61,514 nucleotides of DNA from Acidimicrobiaceae bacterium (lineage in GTDB: Bacteria > Actinomycetota > Acidimicrobiia > Acidimicrobiales > Bog-793): the NCBI GenBank assembly GCA_003139355.1, contig PLIM01000101.1, positions 1 to 61,514 on the forward strand, written 5' to 3'. This document shows, in pieces, positions 55,421 to 61,514 of this stretch; position 1 is the first letter of the stretch, and each line of letters starts with the position of its first letter. A program made the translations under genes and the position numbers. The notes below the pieces were generated by a model. The model ran no database searches and was not told the DNA's origin. It worked only from the letters and a program-made list of their open reading frames with translations.

Positions 55421-57598
55421 TCACTGCGGCCCCAGCGAGCTGTGCAGGGGCGAGTTGCCGCCAGTCACTGCGATCTCGATGACGTGGGCGATGTCGGCAG
55501 ACGAGCGTCCGATACGGACTTGGTAGGCACCGGAATCGACGTACCAGCCCGGCTCGGACCGGTGCAGCGACGCCGGCAACGGGCCGTGGTGGAACACGGT
55601 GGTCGGGACCCGGGCCCGAAGCGACGCCCAGTCCGTGTCGGCGATGTCGTAGTAGGCGAACGATCGTTCGTTGAGCTCGAGCGACACCGTCGTCGTCTCG
55701 CCCGGGTCGAGCCACACCTTGGCGAAGGCTCGCAGTTCCTTCACAGGGCGGAAGCGACCACCTGGCCGAGACCGGCCCCCTTCTGGCGGTGCGACGTAGA
55801 GCTGGACGACCTCGGCACCCCGGCGCCGCCCGGTGTTGGTCACCGGTACATCGATGTTCAGGCGGCCGCCCGGTTCCAATCTCGAGGCGGACGCGCTCGG
55901 TGGGCCGATCTCGAAGCTCGTGTAGGAGAGCCCGTGGCCGAACGCGAAGCGCACCGGGAGCCGGCGCGTCTCGTACCACCGATAACCGACGAGCAGGCTC
56001 TCGCTATAGCGGACCGTGCTCGACTCCCCGGGGAAGCTCCCGAACGCCGGCGTGTGCTCGATGCACATCGGCAGCGTCGTTGGCAGTCGCCCGGCTGGCT
56101 CACTGTCGCCGAGCAGCACGTCGACGATGGCGTTCGCCAGTTCCTGACCACCGAACCAGGTCTGTACGACCGCCGCCGCACTATCCGCCCACGTGAGACT
56201 GATCGGGGAGCCGGAGTTGACGACGACGACGCTGCGAGGATGCACGGCGAGCACCCGCCTCACCAGCTCGTCCTGATTGCGCGGGAGCTCCATCGTCTCG
56301 CGGTCGTGGCCTTCGCTCTCCCAGACCCCGTCGGTCCCGACGATGAGAACGACGGCATCGGCTCCCTCGACCGCGCTGACCGCCGCTTCGATGCTTGGCG
56401 CATCTGCGACACCGTCGCTTGCGACCCCGGGCGCGTAAGTGATCTCGACTGCGCTCCCCAGTCGCTCGCGAAGCACTGTCAGAGGCGACAGCACGTAGTA
56501 GGGAAGAACGCGGGCGCTCCCACCGCCCATGATCGCGAGCCGCTCCGCATTCGGTCCGACGACCGCGATACGACCAAGCCCAGCTGGATCGAGGGGGAGG
56601 AGGCCATCGTTTGCGAGAAGAACGATCCCGTCGGCCGCGGCTCGGCGAACGAAAGCCCGATCCTCCTCCCGGTCCTCGGGATGCTCGTCCACCGCCACGT
56701 CGTCGAGCGCGCCGACCCTGTCAAAGACCGTGAGCATGCGTTGAACCATCTCGTCGAGCCTCGTCTCGTCCAACTGGCCCGAACGGACGGCATCGGCGAG
56801 CGCCGGGCCGAACGCGCGCGCCGGGGCCGGCATCTCCAGATCGAGCCCTGCGGTAGCTGCCGCGACCGTTCCTGCGATGCCGCTCCAGTCGGTCATCACG
56901 AATCCTGCAAATCCCCATTCCTTGCGGAGGATGTCGTCGAGAAGGCGGGCGTCGTCGGGGACGTAGCGACCGTTGACCCGGTTGTAGGAGGTCATGACCG
57001 CCAGCACGCCGGCGATTCGGACCCCGTACTCGAAAGGCAGGAGATACAGCTCTCGCAGGGCCCGCTCGTCGATCTCCGACGAGGAGGTATTGCGCTCGTG
57101 CTCGACCTCGTTCCCGACGAAGTGCTTGATCGTCGCAACGACGCCGTTGTTCTGGACACCATCGATGAACGCGACCGCCAGCTTCCCGGTCAGCACCGGA
57201 TCCTCCGAGAAGCACTCGAAGTTCCGACCCCACAGGGGGTGACGGTGCAGGTTCACGGTTGGGGCGAGGAGTACCCGGGCGCCTTTCTCGAGGGCTTGCC
57301 GAGCCACGATCGCGCTCGCCTGTTCGACGACAGCGGGGTCCCAGGTCGCGCCGAGCGAGGTCGCCGAGGGAATGCAGACAGAAGGCGTGATGCTCTCGCC
57401 ACCCAGGGTGGCCCCCCGGGCGCCGTTCGGCCCGTCGGTCGTCCTGACCGACGGTATGCCGAGCCGAGGAACGCTCGCGGTGCGCCAGTTGTCGATCCCG
57501 ACGGTCAGCGCGGCCTTCTCATCGAGAGTGAGCGCGCCCGTCAGCATTGCGATATCACGCGACGAGCCGACTGTGGCATTGGGATCAAGTGCTGGCAT
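55421..57598 (-). CDS. glycoside hydrolase family 3 beta-glucosidase
   Basis: RTTDGPNGARG, GFVMTDW (nucleophile Asp) and a C-terminal FnIII-like domain. The start is set at ATG 57598 after AGAGGAA. The longest ORF reaches 57940. Confidence 0.92.
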   Translation of the reverse strand: MPALDPNATVGSSRDIAMLTGALTLDEKAALTVGIDNWRTASVPRLGIPSVRTTDGPNGARGATLGGESITPSVCIPSATSLGATWDPAVVEQASAIVARQALEKGARVLLAPTVNLHRHPLWGRNFECFSEDPVLTGKLAVAFIDGVQNNGVVATIKHFVGNEVEHERNTSSSEIDERALRELYLLPFEYGVRIAGVLAVMTSYNRVNGRYVPDDARLLDDILRKEWGFAGFVMTDWSGIAGTVAAATAGLDLEMPAPARAFGPALADAVRSGQLDETRLDEMVQRMLTVFDRVGALDDVAVDEHPEDREEDRAFVRRAAADGIVLLANDGLLPLDPAGLGRIAVVGPNAERLAIMGGGSARVLPYYVLSPLTVLRERLGSAVEITYAPGVASDGVADAPSIEAAVSAVEGADAVVLIVGTDGVWESEGHDRETMELPRNQDELVRRVLAVHPRSVVVVNSGSPISLTWADSAAAVVQTWFGGQELANAIVDVLLGDSEPAGRLPTTLPMCIEHTPAFGSFPGESSTVRYSESLLVGYRWYETRRLPVRFAFGHGLSYTSFEIGPPSASASRLEPGGRLNIDVPVTNTGRRRGAEVVQLYVAPPEGGRSRPGGRFRPVKELRAFAKVWLDPGETTTVSLELNERSFAYYDIADTDWASLRARVPTTVFHHGPLPASLHRSEPGWYVDSGAYQVRIGRSSADIAHVIEIAVTGGNSPLHSSLGPQ

Positions 57599-57930
57599 GA
57601 CGTGTGTTCCTCTGATCGGACGAAACCAGGCCCTGTACGAACGGGAGTCGCAGGAACCTGGCTCCCGCGCCCCGGAGAGTCGATCGTAGAGGGACGAGCC
57701 CGCCGGCGTGGCGATCGGAGGCCTCCCCTCGAGACACCGGCGCACCCGGCCCCGGGACCCGAGCCGGCCAGTGACACGCCACTCTGGCTCTCGCCAGGGC
57801 CGTCGCCTACGCGAATGACCAGGAAACTCCGTCGCCCAGCTGGTCGCCCCGGTGGATCTAACAAGGAACGAATCGTGATGCCGCAGGCTACCGTTGTCGG
57901 TGCATCGAAACAGACAAGCGGGGAGGACGT

Positions 57931-58392
57931 GTGGTGGCACTGCGAAGAATCCTGGCGACGGCCGTTGTGGGCGCGATCGCCCTTACAAGCTGTTCGTCGA
58001 CGACATCCACCACTCCACCGGCCAGGAATCTGGCGGTCACGAGCGCAGTACGCACCCAGCTGATCAAAGCTGGGGCCGCTTTGAACAGCCTCCCGGCCTC
58101 GGATTACACCGGGCTGGCTCCGGGCCTCACCTACTACGCCTACGACCCGGCCACCAAGACCTATTGGGCCGGTGCATCTCTTGTTGCCAGCCGCTCCTCG
58201 CAACAAGCCGAAGTCTCCGTCCAGGACGACGGCAGCTATGTCCTCTTCAAACGACCGGCAAGTGGAACGTGGAAGGCGGCGGACGTAGGGATGACCGGGA
58301 TCGGTGGCTCCAAGTGCAAGACGTCTGTCCCCGCTTCGGTCCTGAAACTGTGGCATTGGGCGGCTGGCGCGTGCCGACCGCACGCCTCCTAG
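57931..58392 (+). CDS. putative secreted lipoprotein
   Basis: Signal peptide with lipobox (AIALTSC). SD GGGAGGA at 57921-57927. GTG start at 57931 or 57934. Confidence 0.7.
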   Translation: MVALRRILATAVVGAIALTSCSSTTSTTPPARNLAVTSAVRTQLIKAGAALNSLPASDYTGLAPGLTYYAYDPATKTYWAGASLVASRSSQQAEVSVQDDGSYVLFKRPASGTWKAADVGMTGIGGSKCKTSVPASVLKLWHWAAGACRPHAS

Positions 58393-58401
58393 AGCCGATG
58401 G

Positions 58402-58431
58402 ACCTCCTGCCTCGACCGTCGAGATGGAGGT
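58402..58431 (+). terminator. stem-loop ACCTCC..CTCGA-ccg-TCGAG..GGAGGT
   Basis: Begins 10 nt after the lipoprotein stop. Two stacked stems. No U tract. Confidence 0.35.
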
Positions 58432-58808
58432 GCTCGCTGACGCCATCGGTGGCCCTGGCGAGCAATGGTGCCAATAGGTTGACCTAGCCCAGCCGGGACG
58501 CCACCGGAGTCATGCCGGGGCTTCACCGGCGAGGGACATCGGTCGGCAACAGCCTCCCCGGACCAGCCGTTTGGAGATCCTTGCAGCGCATTGGGCCGCT
58601 CACGCGTGTCTAGAGATGTGAAGCGCAGCAGGGCGAGGAGCACGACTTGGGCGATCCGACCGCAAAGTGCGAATACGAACGGTTCCTCCACGTCGCAAGA
58701 GGGTCGTTGATGGGACGAGGTGGTGTGACGGTTGCAACGGCTCCGTGCCTGTTCTGTGGTCGGTTGGGCACAGTCGGCCAACGGATCGGAGGCCAGTTAG
58801 CCCCGGTA

Positions 58809-58830
58809 CGCCGCTAGCCCGGAAGCGGCG
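58809..58830 (-). terminator. stem-loop CGCCGCT-N8-AGCGGCG
   Basis: A 7-bp GC stem about 25 nt downstream of the SdpI-like stop (58856). Confidence 0.35.
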
Positions 58831-58855
58831 GGCCGCCCCACGAGGTCGGGCAGCT

Positions 58856-59197
58856 TCAGCCGACGTCCGTCGCCCGCGCTGCGCGGCTCGCCTGGACCGT
58901 GGCGACACCGAGCCAAGCAAGGAGCCATCCGTTGCCGATACGGAACAGAACAGTCTCGGCGTCGCGGCCCGGACTCTTCGCCACAACGATGACCGCGACC
59001 ACAACCGGGCCGAAGCCCGCAGCCGTCAACGCCGAAGCGGCGGCCCGATGCCCCGCACGCCAGGCCTCGTCGCTGCGCAACGTCGACGGGAGGCGGATTC
59101 CGGCAAAGAGGTTTCTTGGCAACCGCCCCGTCGCCGCCATGCGTCCCAGCCCGACCACGACTACGCCGCCGAACCCGAACCGGATCGCCTTCAACAC
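58856..59197 (-). CDS. SdpI/YhfL-family membrane protein
   Basis: Signature GIRLPSTLRSDEAWRAGHR flanked by TM helices. 113 aa. Confidence 0.7.
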   Translation of the reverse strand: MLKAIRFGFGGVVVVGLGRMAATGRLPRNLFAGIRLPSTLRSDEAWRAGHRAAASALTAAGFGPVVVAVIVVAKSPGRDAETVLFRIGNGWLLAWLGVATVQASRAARATDVG

Positions 59198-59560
59198 GAG
59201 TGCCAGGCTACGACAGTTCGCACGGGCAAGGACGATCGGTCCTGAGCGGTCTTACGGCCTTGGCGCCTGCCGACCTCAAATCCCTGCCTTCGGGAAGCTG
59301 TCGTGATCCAAGACCCGCGGTCGACCCCCCAGGCCCCCTCCTCGCCTCAGCTCCCTGGGCCTTGGCGCCGGCCGCCCCGGTCGGCGACCCCATCCACGCC
59401 CCTGTCCGTACCTGAACACCCTGTCCGGGCGATGATGCATCGTCCTGCCGGGAATGGACGAAGGTCCGGTGCTCCCGGCGACTGGGGGAACAACGTCGCG
59501 ACCCGAGGGGCTTCTCGATGATGCCGCCTCGGATCTCGACAGAGCCGCATGACTCCCGAC

Positions 59561-59585
59561 CTGACTGACGTTTGCCCTCAGTCAG
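59561..59585 (-). terminator. stem-loop CTGACTGA-N9-TCAGTCAG
   Basis: A perfect 8-bp inverted repeat that covers the stop codon of the small ORF 59582-59737. Confidence 0.4.
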
Positions 59586-59737
59586 TGGAAACCAGAGGAC
59601 GCGAACAGATAGAGGTCGAAGGTCGCGATGGTGCTCGTGGCGACCATCAGGGCGAGCACGAACGTGTGATACTGCCGCCTCGGTCGCGGGGGGTGGTTGT
59701 GCCCGAGGGCTCCCAAAGTATCGGGGCCGTGGCTCAA
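59582..59737 (-). CDS. small single-TM hypothetical protein (51 aa)
   Basis: The TTG start overlaps the TGA stop of the upstream 365-aa gene (TTGA). High GC3 throughout. Hydrophobic core FVLALMVATSTIATFDLYLFA. The ORF is below the ORF-track cutoff. Confidence 0.4.
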   Translation of the reverse strand: MSHGPDTLGALGHNHPPRPRRQYHTFVLALMVATSTIATFDLYLFASSGFH

Positions 59738-60831
59738 GGCGCTCTCCTCACCAGCTCAGGCCGAGGCACAACTCCCGAAGCGTTCTCGCGTGGCGGCCGT
59801 GAGCCCGAACTCCTCGAGCCCGGCCAGGCAGGCTCGGCCGCAACCGGGGTCGACTCGCGCCGACGGTCGACGAGCACGAGCGCCTGGCGTGCGATCACGA
59901 GCATCGCGAGGCCGAAGCCGGCCAGCCACGACAAGCGGTCCACTTGGTGGTGAAGCTCCAACTCGAAGGTGACGACCGACAGCGCCAGGAGGACGGGCAC
60001 ATACGGCGTGACGAGCGAGACGAGCGACGCCTCGGTCGGCTGGTCCGACCGGGCAAGCACGGCCTGGCCGGCATCGCCCGATGCGCCCACCGCGATGGCG
60101 AGGTAACCCACCACCCAGCCGACGTCGACGAGATTGCCCGTCGAGTAACGACCGACCTCGACGAGATAGGCGTAGGTGCTGTCGGAGACCGCCATCGCAA
60201 GCAACCCCACGAGGACCCACAACAGCGGTCGGCGTCCCGTGGCCGTCATGGAACGGACCGAGAGGACGATGAGGAAGATGATGACCATGTCGCCGAAGGG
60301 GTACGCAAGGGCCACGATGCCGCCCGCGGTCGTGAGATCGGTGTGGCGCCACAGCGGCCCGAGCACGAGGGTCCAGCCCAGCAACAGCACCGCGGTGCCG
60401 ATCGCGAGGCCGTCGAGCGTCGACCGCGCCCTGTAGCTCCCGGCGCTGCGCATGCCGGGGTGGCACAACAGTGCAGCTGCCGCCAGGGGGATCGCACCGA
60501 GATAACCGACGTCGGCCCAGGAGGGCACGGGAACCGCTAGGTGAAGGACCAGGTCGTAGAGCCCCCAGACGACTTCGGCGAACGTCCAGGCCCCGAGAGC
60601 CAAGCCGAGCAGCATCCAAAAGCGCCGCTCTGCGCCGCTCTGGCGCTTTCCCGCGAACAGGCACGCCAAACAGGCGCTCATTGCCGCGAGAGCCGTGACG
60701 ATGTCGTCGAAGTGGCGAACCCCGTTGTCGCCGCCGACCCGAAGAACCAGCCACAGTAAGAACACCAGGGTGACAGACAGCGCCCCGACTGTCGTCGCAA
60801 GCTCCACACGGCGCCGTTCGACTGCTCGCAC
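59734..60831 (-). CDS. polytopic membrane protein resembling a sensor input domain, with no output domain
   Basis: 365 aa with about 9 TM segments. It resembles the membrane N-terminal modules of actinobacterial GGDEF or kinase sensors, but ends in a low-complexity tail. Confidence 0.68.
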   Translation of the reverse strand: MRAVERRRVELATTVGALSVTLVFLLWLVLRVGGDNGVRHFDDIVTALAAMSACLACLFAGKRQSGAERRFWMLLGLALGAWTFAEVVWGLYDLVLHLAVPVPSWADVGYLGAIPLAAAALLCHPGMRSAGSYRARSTLDGLAIGTAVLLLGWTLVLGPLWRHTDLTTAGGIVALAYPFGDMVIIFLIVLSVRSMTATGRRPLLWVLVGLLAMAVSDSTYAYLVEVGRYSTGNLVDVGWVVGYLAIAVGASGDAGQAVLARSDQPTEASLVSLVTPYVPVLLALSVVTFELELHHQVDRLSWLAGFGLAMLVIARQALVLVDRRRESTPVAAEPAWPGSRSSGSRPPRENASGVVPRPELVRRAP

Positions 60832-61514
60832 GTAGAATCTATCGGCAAGTCCGCCTTACCGATTGAGCTGATCAGGACATTCGACCCTGCCTGCGTGAAT
60901 GGCCTCGGTGAGAGAGACGAGCGAGGAGAGGGCGACGCGAGCATCACGACACCCGCATCACCGAAGCCGACAGCACTTCGCAGGACGGACGGCTTGGAAC
61001 CGAGTCGGCTGATGTCGGCCGGCAAAGGCCACGTCCGGCCTCACTTGCGGCGTGGACCCCGGGATCATCCACCCACTGGCTGTGGCCTCTGGGAGCAAGG
61101 CTCTGCGCGTCTCGGGCCGGGCGTCTCGGACCGAGGAGTTCTTGCACCTCGACGACTCGAGAGCCCGCGGGACGAAGAGCTCGACCAGGCGCGCCCCGCT
61201 GCGGGCAAGGCCCGGGTCTCCCCGCCGAGCGGGCTCGCGTGCGTGGCGCAAGCTGCACGCCCGTCAGCGGTGGCCGAGTCCAAGTCCAGGAGGGTCGTCA
61301 AGCTGGCCTCCAACCGGGCGGTGCCCCTTGCTGCGGGCTTCCTGGAACAGGCCAAGGCCTCCGGCGTGGTCATCGGCGACCCGACCGCTCGATCGTCTTG
61401 CCTCGATGTCTCCGCGAGTTGTCGGCGGCGTCGTCGGGTTCTGCTTCGGCCGTTCCTTCGCCAACCCGCAGCAAGTCGGCCACGCGCTTGGGCGGAGGTT
61501 GACCCGCGCGCCGT

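Noticed and set aside
55442-58063. 873-aa plus-strand ORF
   Set aside because: It is antisense to the GH3 beta-glucosidase, which has clear catalytic motifs. Its composition is typical of high-GC shadow ORFs.
1-61514. Mobile elements, prophage genes, CRISPR-Cas and known defence systems
   Set aside because: I looked for transposase or integrase motifs, terminal inverted repeats and regularly spaced repeats on both strands and found none that I could support.

Overview
This is a high-GC (~68%) actinobacterial-type chromosomal segment. Pointers to that lineage are mycothiol-type DinB enzymes, WS/DGAT, an acyl-ACP desaturase, frequent GTG/TTG starts and stop/start overlap coupling. I support about 50 protein genes and one tRNA-Gly(GCC). 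I saw no rRNA, CRISPR array, transposase or integrase. The blocks are: (i) 87-1363, a lower-GC (~60%) two-gene cassette of unknown function beside tRNA-Gly. (ii) WS/DGAT, dut, orn, a PhzF-like gene and a decayed patatin-like remnant. (iii) kdpFABC with an extra small peptide and a kinase-less KdpD-N/USP protein. (iv) Two ArsR-family regulators (one an ArsR-SRPBCC-DinB fusion), a desaturase, a deaminase, proS, VOC, MDMPI, tandem YbjQ, moaA, and a cytoplasmic SUOX-fold molybdoenzyme with an FNR-like reductase. (v) GNAT, MFS, SHOCT, DegV, TetR, a decayed MFS pump, MscS and two convergent PAS c-di-GMP genes. (vi) A four-gene alpha-glucan operon (36614-47517, minus strand) with a 1378-aa MalQ-GlgB fusion, a GH57 enzyme and two divergent alpha-glucan phosphorylases. 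This operon is my top candidate for something unusual. (vii) MarR-MFS, a frameshifted polytopic IPT/TIG membrane protein, a YtrA-like GntR module, a PLP decarboxylase, a Gfo/Idh/MocA oxidoreductase, a GH3 enzyme, and several small membrane proteins. All functional calls come from motif recognition by eye on the supplied translations. No database search was run. Several start codons were moved from the longest ORF to internal starts and remain uncertain.
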